A DNA stretch of 64,000 nt from Octopus sinensis (taxonomy: Eukaryota): NCBI RefSeq assembly GCF_006345805.1, contig NC_043015.1, positions 1,364,001 to 1,428,000 of the forward strand. Reading direction: 5' to 3'. Shown here piece by piece: positions 38,871 through 52,026 of the stretch (its first letter is position 1; the number at the start of each line of letters is the position of its first letter). Under the pieces are notes generated by a model. That model saw only the letters and a list, made by a program, of their open reading frames with translations. It was not told the origin of the DNA and made no database searches. The translations under genes were made by a program, and so were the position numbers.

Positions 38871-38970
38871 NNNNNNNNNNNNNNNNNNNNNNNNNNNNNN
38901 NNNNNNNNNNNNNNNNNNNNNNNNNNNNNNNNNNNNNNNNNNNNNNNNNNNNNNNNNNNNNNNNNNNNNN
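38871..38970. other. Assembly gap (100 N)
   Basis: Run of exactly 100 N; true size unknown. Confidence 0.99.
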
Positions 38971-39103
38971 CGACTTTGCCTTTCATCCTTTCAGGGTCGA
39001 TAAATTAAGTACCAGCTAGGCACTTGGTCGACGTAATCGACTTAATCCCTTTGTCTGTCCTTGTTTGTCCCCTCTATGTTTAGCCCCTTAGGGGTAATAA
39101 ATT
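38971..39103 (+). mobile_element. SINE-A 3' part (5' lost in the gap)
   Basis: CGACTTTGCCTTTCATCC...AGCCCCTTAGGGGTAATAAA. Confidence 0.9.
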
Positions 39104-40111
39104 AACATATATATGTGTGTGTATGGGGAATGTATTTAAGTGTGTGTATCAACATATGTATAAAAATCGTAAATATGCATCGAGATATATTGCAAAAAAT
39201 ATCGGTGTGTAAAGTAAAATCTAAAAAATTAATTTTTGTGAAAAAAATACAATAATGCTTAGTGAGAGAATTGAATCCCCCCCGATTGCATTTCCTGTTC
39301 GAATCCATGTTTGTGCAATAATGTTATTCATTGATTTACACTATATAAACATAAGATTCATATTCTTTGTCACATATGTAAATTGAGGAACAGACCCTTA
39401 TAGATACCCATTCATGAATAGAAAAATACATATGAACGTATATATATATTTGTGTGTGGTGGGGGTTAAGTGATATAATCTTATAATCAGTAACGTGTTT
39501 AAGTGATATATACATACATATATATTTGTTTGTGTGTGCGAAGCTGTTTAAGTGATGTGTTCTTCTAATCAGTATCCTGTGATATGTTCAGGTATGGAGG
39601 GAACTGAACATTAGCGATCCTGCTCCATGTTAAGATATTACAGCAAAACCTTTCTCAAATTACACGCCTCCGTTTCTAAAGGATAAAATTCACTTTATAA
39701 TTTGTTAAGCCTGATAACTCATGAGGAATTGTTTATGTCAAACTGCATCTTGACCTTTAACTACTTTGAACCACGCCGTAATACCATACAATCGAATGTG
39801 ATAGACATTGTGTCTGAGTCACACACACACACACTCACACACGCATATCTATGTATGAATGTATGTGTGTATGTATACACAGAGAGACACACGCATAACA
39901 ATCATAAGAATCTCTCATACATACGGACAATATAGATATACGTACTAAGTATATATTTACTCATATATGTGTGCGTATGTGTATGAATGTATATATATAT
40001 ATATATATATATTTGTGTGTGTGTGTAGTCATATATATATATACATATATACAATGTTTATATAATCATATGTGTATATTATATATATATATATATTATA
40101 TATATATATAT

Positions 40112-40170
<59 letters not shown>

Positions 40171-40230
40171 TAGATAGATATTATGCTGTTTTTCTATTGC
40201 ATGAAATAAAATTTGGAGTGGGGACGGGAT

Positions 40231-41124
40231 AAACTACCTGCATCAACTTGCTATAAAAGCAGGTAGTAATTTCATCTTATACTCATGCATAGTGCAAGCT
40301 TTGAAGAGTGCAGTACGATTTTAAAAGTTATTTTTTCGAAGCTGTTATAGAAGACACAAATGAGCATATTCCGCATATTTTTCTATGAGTTCAATAAAGG
40401 CAACGGTGATTCCAGAAATTCCGAGCCAAAAACTACAGCCTAGAAAATGAGTCTCGTCTATAGACCTCGACGAGGAGTGTCCTGCAAACACACGTGGAAC
40501 AAATTCCCATCGTAACTGCTGAGGAACTAACCGAGAAGCTTGGATTTGGTCATTCAAACTTTCATCAGTACCTAAATGCCATCGAAAAAAATTCACCAAT
40601 TTGTATCAATGGATTTCTCGCAAACTTTCCGAGTCTAATCGCGCACAGAGAGTGAATGAGTACTCTTCTTTGCAGTCACGTCTCACAAACCGCCCTTCCT
40701 TTGCACCGAAAAGTGAATAGTGCGGGAAATGAGTTCTCTATAAAAATGTCAACTGCCGAAGACAGTAGGTAGGGAAAGGGGAAACACTGGCACTCCCGGG
40801 TAAAGAAGGTCTTCACCCATGTAAGGTTTTGCTATCTGTTTGGTTAGAAATGAAATGTTTAATGTACTTTGAAATTTTAACCCAAACCAAACCATAACAA
40901 ATGAGATCTATTGTGAAAAGCTTTAGCGGCTGAGGTTAGTGCTAGAAGGAAAACGACCCTGTTTGGTTTCAAGATGAAAGGTATTCAAGATAATACTCGG
41001 CCACTTACAATGATGATGACATTATTTTGCTAGAACAGTTTGAATGGGAAATGATGCCCCACTCACCATATTCACCGGACAATGCCCCATATGATTATCA
41101 CTTATTCCGCAGTCTTCAATACCC
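40231..41124 (+). mobile_element. Mariner element, same family as 14673-15689, TIRs lost
   Basis: AAACTACCTG(G/C)ATCAACTTGCTATA shared with ~14726; PHSPYSPDNAPYDYHLFRSLQ at ~41058-41120. Confidence 0.88.
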
Positions 41125-41324
41125 TCTTTTCCAGATGTGAATTATTCAAACTCTAAGCAATTCCTCTCAACACATGACTATGAATTTCTCCTCTTATTTC
41201 TGCTCATGGTCAGAGATGCACAAATCGTCAAGCACTGAAGGACATGCTTAACAGGTAAATGTCAAACAACTAACAGGCAAATCCGTGGTACTGAGCAGGA
41301 TCTTTGCTGTAGCCCATCTTTATT

Positions 41325-41326
41325 TA

Positions 41327-41398
<72 letters not shown>

Positions 41399-41406
41399 CA
41401 TTATTT

Positions 41407-41461
<55 letters not shown>

Positions 41462-41566
41462 AATTATTAATATTATTATATTATTATTATCATTATTATT
41501 ATCATTATTATTATTATTATGATTATTATATTATTATATTATTTTAGTATTATTATTTATATTAGT

Positions 41567-41609
<43 letters not shown>

Positions 41610-41920
41610 TATTATTATTATTATTATTATTATTATCATTATTATTTTTTTTTTCGTTCTTTCTTCAAATTTTCTTCCATTTCTCGCCGAGTGTTTTCCG
41701 TATACCTAGGACAGAGAAGCTCATTGTATGCATTCCCAGATAACACACGCAATTTCACAGGTTAAAATATGTATTTAAAAAAATTAATAGATAAATGAAT
41801 TCATGAATGAATGTAGTTTTCACAGCGATAATGCTCTTCTCAGTACATGAGTCGTTCCAGTTAACACGATTTTTTACACTTATTGTAGTGATGGTAAGCC
41901 TGTACCTTATTATTATTATC

Positions 41921-41960
<40 letters not shown>

Positions 41961-42085
41961 TATTATTATTATTATTCTTATTATTATCATCATCATCATC
42001 ATTATTATCGATTATTATTATCATTATTATTATTATTATTATTATTCTTATTATTATTATTATTCTTAATTATTATTATTATTAT
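41325..42085. repeat. Two long (ATT)n/(ATC)n arrays
   Basis: ~41325-41645 and ~41905-42085. Confidence 0.95.
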
Positions 42086-42340
42086 TGCCTTTGCATTGCT
42101 TCTAACGCTGGTTATTTACTACAGTGTCAGCTGCTCACTACCAGTGAACTAAGGTAACACCTGTTATTTTTCGAGCACCATCCGGAGTATTCGAGCGGTT
42201 CCAAGCAGTGCTGTTTTCTGCAAGTGCTCTGCACTTATTGCAGCCCCTATTTGTTCCACGTACTCCTCGATATTTGTGCTCGCTGTTTCCTAGGGCTCCG
42301 ACAGTTATTAGTACTATTGCTACCTTTTTCATCGATCAGC
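42086..42340 (-). mobile_element. Dong/R4-like LINE 3' end
   Basis: MKKVAIVLITVGALG.., with another frame resembling EHLQKTALLGTARILR; 3'UTR runs directly into (AAT)n. Confidence 0.7.
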
Positions 42341-42377
42341 ATATCTTTTTTTCTTTTGAAAATTGGTCGACGAAAAA

Positions 42378-42804
42378 ATTACTCTTTTATTCTTTGACTT
42401 GTTTCAGTAATTTAATTGCGGCCATGCTGGTGCACCTTCCTTAGACGAACAAATCGACTGGAGGACTTATTCTTTGTAAGCCTAGTAATTATTCTATTGC
42501 CCTTTTTTACTGAACCGCTAGGTTACTGGGATGTAAACACCCCAGCTTTGATTGTCAAGGAATGGTAAGGAGACAAACATACACACACACACACAAACCC
42601 ACACACACACGTATATATATATATATAATATATTATATATATATATATATTATATATAATATAATAATAAATATTAGGGAATAAATCCAAATTTACAGGG
42701 AAAAAATCATATTTAGGATTAAATCCAATTTTATAGTAAAATATTATATAATATAATTCGAGACAAAACCATTTTGGCAAAATATGGTTTTGTCTCGATT
42801 ATAT

Positions 42805-42842
<38 letters not shown>

Positions 42843-42970
42843 CGACGGGCTTCTTTAAGTTCCCATCTTCCAAATCCACTCACAAGGCTTTGGTCGGCCC
42901 GATGCTATAGTACAAGGCACTTGCCCAAGGTGCCACGTAGTGGGACTTAACCCAGAAGTATGTGGTTGGT
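42378..42970 (-). mobile_element. SINE-B with a ~155-bp hairpin-ended insert in its internal microsatellite
   Basis: SINE-B halves flank 42655-42810. Confidence 0.85.
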
Positions 42971-43356
42971 GGTATCTATACTAAGTCTATATGTTGTTTT
43001 TGCACTCTGATGTCACATCGGTTCGTGCAAGCAATGTTTTACGTGTAAAAGTCCATTTTACTTATGAAACGTGTTATCATCATTTTTAGCCAACTCGTTG
43101 ACTAATAAAGAACAATTGCCCAGTTAGTTGCAAGTGTAATTGTTTGATCACTCAGTGAAGCAGTTAGTTGGTTTGTCATAATCATTTTGTCGTCATTCAT
43201 GATCTCATCAATTATGTACTTCCTTACTCCCGGTCAGTCACGGTGTGTGGAAAGTTTGAGAAACTGACTGATTTACTAATTGATTGAGTAATCTAGCGAT
43301 TAGTCAACCGATCGATTATTTAATTGGTTAATTAGTAAAGTAGTTTGCATATAACA

Positions 43357-43424
<68 letters not shown>

Positions 43425-43904
43425 CATCATCATCATCATCATTATTATTATTATTAATAGAACACTTGAAATAGAACACTTGTGTGTGTGTTGTGGTGTG
43501 TGTGTGTGTGCGTGTGTTTATGTGCATGTGTGTTTTTGTGTAAATGGGTGTGTACACATGAATGGATGGATATAATTGCGTTATGTGCTTGTGCATGTGT
43601 ATGTATGTATATACGCACATCCCGTGCGCGCACTACACATTCAGACTCGCACACGTATCTACCTACCTCCGTATCTTTCAGCTTATTTATCTGTCGCTAT
43701 ATGTGTGGGTTATGTATTTGCGCGTGCGAAAAACACACATACGTATTGAATGTTACAGTTTTAGGTATAATATGACTGAGAAAAAAAAAAATGATGAGAA
43801 ACTAAAGGTCTGATCTAGAGCTGGACCATAAAAACTTCTCTCTCACGATATATTCCAGATGTTGGTCGAACTATCTATTTTTGCTGACTACGATATGACT
43901 GTGT

Positions 43905-44200
43905 GGAGGCACATCACCTAGTGGTTAGAGCAGCGGACTGGCGGTCGAGGGATCGTGGGTTCGAATCTCAGACCAGGCAATGTGTGTGCTTATGAGCGAA
44001 ACACCTAAGCTTCGCGCGGCTCCTGCAGAAGGTAATGGCGAACTTCTGCTAACCCTTTCGCCACAACTTTCTCTCAATCTTTCCACCTGCATCTTGCAGT
44101 TCACCTGCGACGGAACGGTGTCCCTTCCAGGTGGGGAACCTATACGCCAAGGAAACCGGCGTTTATGAGCCAGGAATGGCTCGAGAAGGAACAAACAACA
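43905..44200 (+). mobile_element. SINE-C2: SINE-C head and body with a different 3' half
   Basis: GGAGGCACATCACCTAGTGGTTAGAGC..GGTTCGAATCTC head; tail GAGCCAGGAATGGCTCGAGAAGGAACAAACAAC; 8-bp TSD ATGACTGT at 43895-43902 / 44200-44207. Confidence 0.85.
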
Positions 44201-44546
44201 TGACTGTAAATGGAGTGGTGGGAAATGTAGTGTTAAAATCATTAACACTATGTAACCGTAAAGTCTGATGTTAAGGTATATATATCATATACCAAGTATC
44301 TACTTCATTGAGATATGAACGTCTTGCTATGGTGTGTACGCACATTATATTGGCGATTAAAACAATTTCTTTAAGGTAGAAAATCAGATCAGACAATGAT
44401 AATTGAATCAGCTAGCAAACATTTGCGTTTCCAGTACATATATGCGTACGAATCCTATTGGAGTCTTGCTTGCATTTTGTGAAATGCCTCAAATGCGTAT
44501 ATGTTCGTCATATTCGAAAGTTGTTCGGTATTTTGCTGAAGATATA

Positions 44547-44595
<49 letters not shown>

Positions 44596-44630
44596 TTTGT
44601 GCGTGCGTGTGTGTGTGTATGTATGCATAT

Positions 44631-44846
44631 AGGCGCAGACTTGGCTGTGTGGTAAATAGCTTGCTTACCAAGCACATGGTTCCGGGTTCGGTCCCACTGC
44701 GTGGCAACTTGGGCAAGTGTCTTCTACTATAGCCTCGGGCCGAGCAAAGCCTTGTGAGTGGATTTGGTAGGCCGAAACTGAAAGAAGCCCGTCGTAAATA
44801 TATTTGTATAAATATATATATGTGTGTGTGTGTGTGTTGTGTGTGT

Positions 44847-44891
<45 letters not shown>

Positions 44892-45088
44892 TTGTGTGTC
44901 TGTGTTTGCGTATCACCACCATCGCTCGACAACTGATGCTGGTGTGTTTACGTCCCCTTAACTTAGCAGTTCGGCAAAAAATACAGATAAAAATAAGTAC
45001 TAGACTTAGAAAGAATAAATTCTGGTGCCGATTTGTTCGACTATGAGCGGTGTTCCAGCATGGCCGCACTCAAATGACTGAAACATAA
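44631..45088 (+). mobile_element. SINE-B full length
   Basis: Consensus match. Confidence 0.9.
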
Positions 45089-45219
45089 CAGATATATATA
45101 TATATGCATACATACATACATAGATGCATACATAGATGCATACATAGATGCATACATATTACATATATCTATCTATCAATCTATCTATATATCTATCTAT
45201 CAATCTATATATATATATA

Positions 45220-45349
45220 CAGGGTGTCCCAAAAAAATGTATACACATAGTTGTTCGCAAAAGAGAACGATAGAATAAGTACTAGGATTACAAAGAATAA
45301 CAAATTTACAATTATTTAAGGTGTGTATACATTTTTTTGGGACGCCCTG
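45220..45349. mobile_element. Tc1/mariner-type MITE
   Basis: TIRs CAGGGTGTCCCAAAAAAATGTATACACA / TGTGTATACATTTTTTTGGGACGCCCTG with TA on both sides. Confidence 0.9.
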
Positions 45350-45854
45350 TATATAAATAAAGTATTGTAAAGAATAAGGCATAAATATATATATATACAA
45401 ACATACGCACTCATATATGAGCAAATATATAGTTAGTACGTATGTCTATATTGTCCGTATGTATGAAAGATTGTTATGTGTGTGTCTCTCTGTGTATACA
45501 TACACACGACATTCAATAATAAACTGCCTTTTCAATTCATATACATCCGGACCGATATATATGCATGCATACATACATACATACACACATACATACATAC
45601 ATACATGCATACATACATACATACATACATACATACATACATACATACATACATACATACATACATACATACATACATACATACATACATACATACATAC
45701 ATAGATATATACATGCATACGAGCATACATACATACATGGACATGCTTCATTTTTTCTAAACTGAATTGAAATAAATAAGATGCCTGGTACTCAATTACT
45801 ACTACATAAGAAAGAAATGAATAAACAAATAATATTATAGAAAAATGAAAGACA

Positions 45855-46375
45855 AGGTCATCACATCATATATCAAGGTTTTCAAACTTCTCTTCAAATC
45901 AGAACTCAACTCAAGGAATCTCGTGACTACCATCAACATATGGGATGTTGCTCTAGTCTGCTATAGTGCACCCATCCTGAAATGAAACTTGCGGAGATTC
46001 ACAAGCTCGATAGCATTGCCCGAGAGACAACGACAATGCATGGTGCCCTCCACCCTAAGGCGAATGTACACAAGCTCTACATGAAGCGGTGTAAAGTTGT
46101 GGGAAGATTAGCGTACGGGAGTGCACCAACAGTGAAATATGAAACAAGGTAGAATATTATGTAAACATCGAAAAAGATCTGCTACGTTACACTGCTAGAG
46201 CAGAAAAATTTACCGAAAATGGACATGAAAGTGCTCATGAATTCCAATCCCGAACGGCTAACGAGAGAAAAGAAACCCTACTCCACCTGAAATTACATGG
46301 TCAGTTCCACCGTGAAATTAACAACTTAAAAGACCACAAAGCATCATGGAGATGGCTCAGCAAGGGTGAAAGAAG
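45855..46375 (+). mobile_element. Dong/R4-like LINE, post-RT region fragment
   Basis: SELNSRNLVTTINIWDV..LHPKANVHKLY (46048)..LHGQF (46293)..SWRWLSKG (46344). Confidence 0.8.
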
Positions 46376-46382
46376 AAAGAAA

Positions 46383-46477
<95 letters not shown>

Positions 46478-47095
46478 GAAAGCGGGAGAGAGAAGGTGAA
46501 TGAGAGAATGTTGTTTTTGTAGATCAAAATAAAATGTCCCATCTGAAATCGTACATGAGTAAAATACATTGATATCCACTTCAGATGCACACACACACAC
46601 ACACAGAAGTTCGCACCCACATGTTGTGCACCGTCACACCATACTTATACACTCACCTGTACAATCACAAAGCACCCATACACATACAATCAATTCAATT
46701 CTTTTATTGTTATGGTGTCTATAATAAAAGATATGACTACAACATAATAAAGAATACATATTTTAAAAAAAACATACATCCACGCACTCAAAACTACTTT
46801 CGTTTATTTTAAATATTGCTGGCTAATACAGTCTGTGGTGCAAATTATATCTGATTGCTGACCACAATGTACAGAAATATACGTAAAAACTTAACAGAAC
46901 TGTCATATTATGTATAATGTGTGGCGATAAGAGTTAATATTGCAAATAGATTGAATTATATAAAAGCATGTTTAAATAATCATACAGATAAAGATAACAT
47001 GCGTAGAAATATCTACACCGTATTTTGCATATATTTTTGTCCTAGAAGTTAGTAGAATAAAATACGTAGATATGTGCCGATTACATAAAAGAGTA

Positions 47096-47266
47096 CAGTT
47101 CTATATTTCAGAGATGAGGAATTATGTACATTATTTACATAATTTACATTCAACGGATAGTTGTCCTCATTTTGTTTGTTGTTACGGGCATATGTCGTTG
47201 TGGTTAAGAGCGCGGGCTACTAACCCCAACATTCCGAGTTCGATTCCTAGCAGTTACCTGAACAAC

Positions 47267-47364
<98 letters not shown>

Positions 47365-47530
47365 CAATAACATCGAATAATACTTTAGGAATGAGAACCT
47401 AGGTTCGACATTTCCCCAAGACACCAGAAGAAGGCTGGAAGGAATATCAGCCAAAGTGTTGTGTTACCAACAAACAAGATGAGGACAAATATCCGTTGAA
47501 TGTAAATAATGTAAATAATTTAAATAAATT
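47096..47530 (+). mobile_element. SINE-D (47186-47530) preceded by an inverted copy of its own tail (47096-47185)
   Basis: Head GTGGTTAAGAGCGCGGGCTACTAACCCC..GAGTTCGATTCC, (AAT)n, ACAC-CAGAAGA-A-GGCTG..CAGCC-AAAGTGTT-GTGT at 47421-47464, (TGTAAATAA)n tail. Confidence 0.85.
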
Positions 47531-48279
47531 ACATAAAATAGTATTATATACAAACATTGATAGCTGAACACTTGTTTTTCGCGCGTTTTTAGTTACAAAA
47601 GTTAATGGTTCAACGCATATTTAAATAATTGCGATATATCCAGAGAAATATTTTAATAACCAGATACATTGCAACGCAAGTTCATTCAAGTATTGGTGGT
47701 TACAATTGTACTTACTAAAAGCCATATTCGTATAATGAACACTTACGTAAGCCAATAGATACCAATCAGTTTCAACTATAACTATGCATTAGTTCGATTA
47801 ACTAAATTACACGCTTCTTGAACTAGTATTGAAGAAGTTGAGTACTCGATAAAAAATTATATTATCTTCTCCTATTGCTTGTGCAAAATCAAAGCGAAGC
47901 TGTGTATGACAAGATTATGTCTATGAATTACGGGTACAATCAACCCAGAAACCTTTTATAGGGACCCTACAACCAAATCTTGCATGCAATATTTAGGCTG
48001 AAGCGAGCGTCTTTTATGCAATACTTGCACAAGTTACCATGTAGTAGGATTGTGCCAAACTCGTTATAAAAGCTAAGCAAACTTCTTACACACTTATTCG
48101 TGTCAGAAATATATAACATGTACTCAACAATTTTCACACCTGCATAGGTATGTATCTGATTAACATTTCCTCGAGCCATAATACTCATAAGGTCAGTTAC
48201 ACAATTACTTTATATTCGTGACCGAGTTCACAGTATGACAACACGCGCCTAGAAAACACACCGATCCTTTACAGCGTTC

Positions 48280-48970
48280 AAGGACTTCAATTCTGAGAAG
48301 AGGGGGTCAAGTCTTTTATATCTACCTCAGTACTTGATTGGTACATTATTTTATTGACCCTACCACTAAGTGGATGAAAGTCAAATATCATCCAGGTGGA
48401 ATTTGAACTAAGAAGATAAAACAAAACTGGAAGAAATTCTGCTCAGCCTTTTTTTTTTCCAACGTGCAATCGATTCTGCCAGCTCACCGTCTCAAATATC
48501 TATATAGTTACTTTTAAAGGAAATAGGAGTACACCACTGAATGTTATTAAATTCCTTCATATATTAAGCTAATATATAGGTTTCAAATTTTGGCACAATG
48601 GCCAGTAATTTGAGGGGACTGATAACTATTTTATCAATCCTGAAATGATGAAAGGCACAGTCGATCTTGTCAGAATTTGATCTCAGAACATGCAGACGAG
48701 CAAAATACGGTTAAGCCTTTTGCCCAGCTCGCTAATGGTTCTGCCAGATCGCTGCCTTATTTTATCATAATTTCAAATTTTGGCACAAGGCTTCAATTTA
48801 GTGGGAGAGATAAGTCAATTATATCTACCCAATAACTGGTACTTATTTTATAGGTCCTGAAAGAATGAACGGAAGAGTCGACCTCAGGGGTATTTAAATT
48901 CGGAACGCACAGACGGACCAAATGCCGCTAAGCATTTTGCCTCTGACATGCAAATGATTCTGCCAGAGCG
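48280..48970 (-). mobile_element. Three old, diverged SINE-A copies
   Basis: Repeated GAATTTGAAC..AAGCATTTTG..GATTCTGCCAG remnants. Confidence 0.7.
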
Positions 48971-49769
48971 CTATTTTACAACCAAATGCATTGAGTGAAA
49001 ATATGTTAAGATTCACGGTATAAAGACTGAGACAATTTATTTCAGACATTGGTAATTTCATGAAAGTAAGTAAAACTAAATCCATTGTTATAATGATCAT
49101 ATGTTTTAAAGAAATATGTTCACTTACATGAGCATATGGCAACACAATTTCTTTAATATAATTGTTAATTATAATTGTTATAATAGCTAGTATTGCAAAA
49201 TATGTAAAATTACTGATTAAATATGAATAAAAAATAAACAGGAAGAGAATTACGTTCACACTCAAAATTCAATAAAGTGAATGTTTGTTAAATGTGTGTC
49301 CATAATTTTTTGTGGTAAGACTCATTGAAATATATAAAGAAATACGTTATCACATAAATAAGTACATTGCTATACAATTTATTTTATATATCGGTGGCTA
49401 TAATAGTTAGTGATGCGAAAAACATTTAAGTAATGACTACATATTATTAGAGAAATACATTCTGATATAGAAACATAATTTCTTTCAGACATTGATGGGT
49501 ATAATAGTTAGTATTGTGAAAATATATTAAAAATATCTACATGTCTACGTTCAACCGCACGTACATAAATAACTACAGAATTCGTTTCATAAACTTTTTT
49601 TTATTTGGAATAAGTTCTAATGCGAAATATATTAAGAACTACTACATATGCAAGCAAAGTAATTCTGTTTTCAATCGGGAACTTTGGTTTATTTGGGGTA
49701 AGTAATTTATGAAGATCTACACAGGGCCAAGCTAAAATACTTAGCACTATTAATACATACAATATTGTT

Positions 49770-49970
49770 TACTCCTTTGCTTGTTTTAGTCATCAGAATG
49801 CGGCCCTGATGGGTTCTGCCATGAGGGTTTTTAGTTGAGTAAATCAATTTCAGTGTTTACTGTGGCTTTTAAGTCTACTTCTTATTTCATGGGTCACTTC
49901 TGGCGAACAGCTACATTATGGGGATGTAAGCACATCAACACCGGTTGTGAAGCGGTGGCAGGAACCAAAT

Positions 49971-50005
<35 letters not shown>

Positions 50006-50165
50006 TGGTCTTCTTTCAGTTTTCATCTGAAAAATCCACTCACAAAGCTTTAGTCGATCCGAAGCTATAATAAAGGGCGTTTGCCCAAGGTGTTATTCAG
50101 TGGGATTGAACCCTGAAACATGTAGCTGGGAAGGAAAGTTTTTCTTTTCTACCTAGCCACACGTT
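49770..50165 (-). mobile_element. Old SINE-B
   Basis: AATCCACTCACAAAGCTT..TTGCCCAAGG..GGGATTGAACCC. Confidence 0.7.
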
Positions 50166-50279
50166 AAGCTCTCGTGCCTCGGTCGGTCATGCTGGACCAT
50201 GGATCTGCGCTTATATGTTCGAGCATGCTCTCTACTTTTCAGGAAAGGCGGACGGTTGTCTATGCATTTGAATTTTCTT

Positions 50280-50493
50280 ATTCTTTTCTACTCAAAGCAT
50301 CAGGCCCGAAATTTGGGGTGAGAGGGCTAGTCCATTAGATCGACCCCAGTAAGTAACTGGTACTTATTTAATCGACCCCGAAAGGGTGAAAGGCATAGTC
50401 GACCTCGGCGGAATTTGAACTTAGAACGTAACGGCAGACGAAATACCGCTAAGCATTTCGCCCGGAGTGTTAACGTTTCTGCCAGCTCGCCGC
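50280..50493 (-). mobile_element. SINE-A (tail 2)
   Basis: Near-consensus head and centre. Confidence 0.9.
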
Positions 50494-50718
50494 TTATTCC
50501 GCAACATCAGAGTTTACTAAAAGGGAGGCCTCGTTCTTTTGTGTATACAGCTTGGTAGCAATGTCGTTGAAGGGCGTTGCGATAATGGTTCTTTTAACAT
50601 ACCAAACTGCTTGGTAAAATTATTAATTATTAATTATTAATTAATTAAATAATTTTACCTTTTATTATTACCTGATCATATGTATATATATATATATATA
50701 TATATACATGTGTGTGTT

Positions 50719-50767
<49 letters not shown>

Positions 50768-51940
50768 TACCTACTAAATTCACTCCCAAAATAACTGGGG
50801 CTATATTAGAAGCCACTTTCCCAAGGTGTATTGCTGTGAGATTCAACACAAAATCAAGTGCATGTATCACGTGTTCCGTAATCAAACACCTATGGCTGCA
50901 TATGTCTCTTTTATGAAAACAGAACTTCCATTTTATAACCTCCATATCACTGATACTCGGAGTAAGCTATTTTCTTATGTCTATGTAAATTTAGTCCTGT
51001 GTTTAATCACAGAGATCGTAACGACAATATCTATTTTCTATATTATTATTTTAATTATCTATAAATTAAACAAACTGAAAAAACTTGGCCTTAAATCTAG
51101 AACATAAAGAGAATATGGAACATTTTGCGCAGGTGACATATAACCAGCTTACGAATCTCTAAACCACATTATAGAGACTTACTCTTCATAATTACACAAA
51201 CATGGCTACTTAGAGTTTACGTAGTTGTCCGTTATTCGCGGTTTCTGAATTTAAAGTCACAAAACATGGGTACGAAATAAAATGTTAAGCCTTATTTTTA
51301 CGGTGTTTAATCATATCTAATCTGTTTACATTCTAATTAAACAAAATAAGAATAATATTAGTATTAATAAAAAAAGGATTTACGCTAAATATGTGTCACC
51401 ACGTTTATTTTTTTCTGTATTATTTTTTATATGGGTTTTAATTGTTTGTTTTCAATTTTGTCTTTCGTTTATTTTACTTTCATGTTTATCTTCTATTCGT
51501 TCGTTAGTTCATTGATTATTTCTGTTTTTCCTCTGTTTGTTTGTTTTTTTATCCTTGCAGACATGTCGCCAAAAGTCTGTCTACAGTGTAAATAAGCCAT
51601 CAATCCCGTCTGTCCTCTCAGTCATATTATATCCAATACAAACTCACAATAGAGTTTATCTATCTCACAACATTTGGGTAGCAAATATAAAAAGTGAAAG
51701 TAAAATAAACAAAACGTAAAACTGAAAGGCTTGCTCGATTTGACGATAATAAAATCGAAAACTAGACGGAAGTCACCATACTCCCTCATAGTTGTGTACT
51801 CTTCCCACCACCACCACTTTTAACAAAAGCTTCCGCTACTAATGGTGACATGTTCCTCTAGCACCAAAACTGCACTAATTAATACAACTTATTGCCTCTA
51901 CTAATTTTTATTTGTTTATTTACTAAATTTTTATTTGTAG

Positions 51941-52026
51941 GTCTGGTGGATTGAGCAGAGTCCAGAATTCCTGCAAGTAGCCTGCACCGGAAAGATTTAC
52001 ACCGTCAAAGTTCCGTTCAAAGTGCA
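51941..52026 (+). CDS. Candidate 86-nt internal exon of an unknown gene
   Basis: TACTAA branch-like motif, TTTTATTTGTAG acceptor, CA|GTAAGT donor; single open frame VWWIEQSPEFLQVACTGKIYTVKVPFKV; no recognisable family. Confidence 0.3.

Noticed and set aside
47962-48146. AG...GTATGT-bounded segment
   Set aside because: Stops in all three frames and no supporting neighbouring exon
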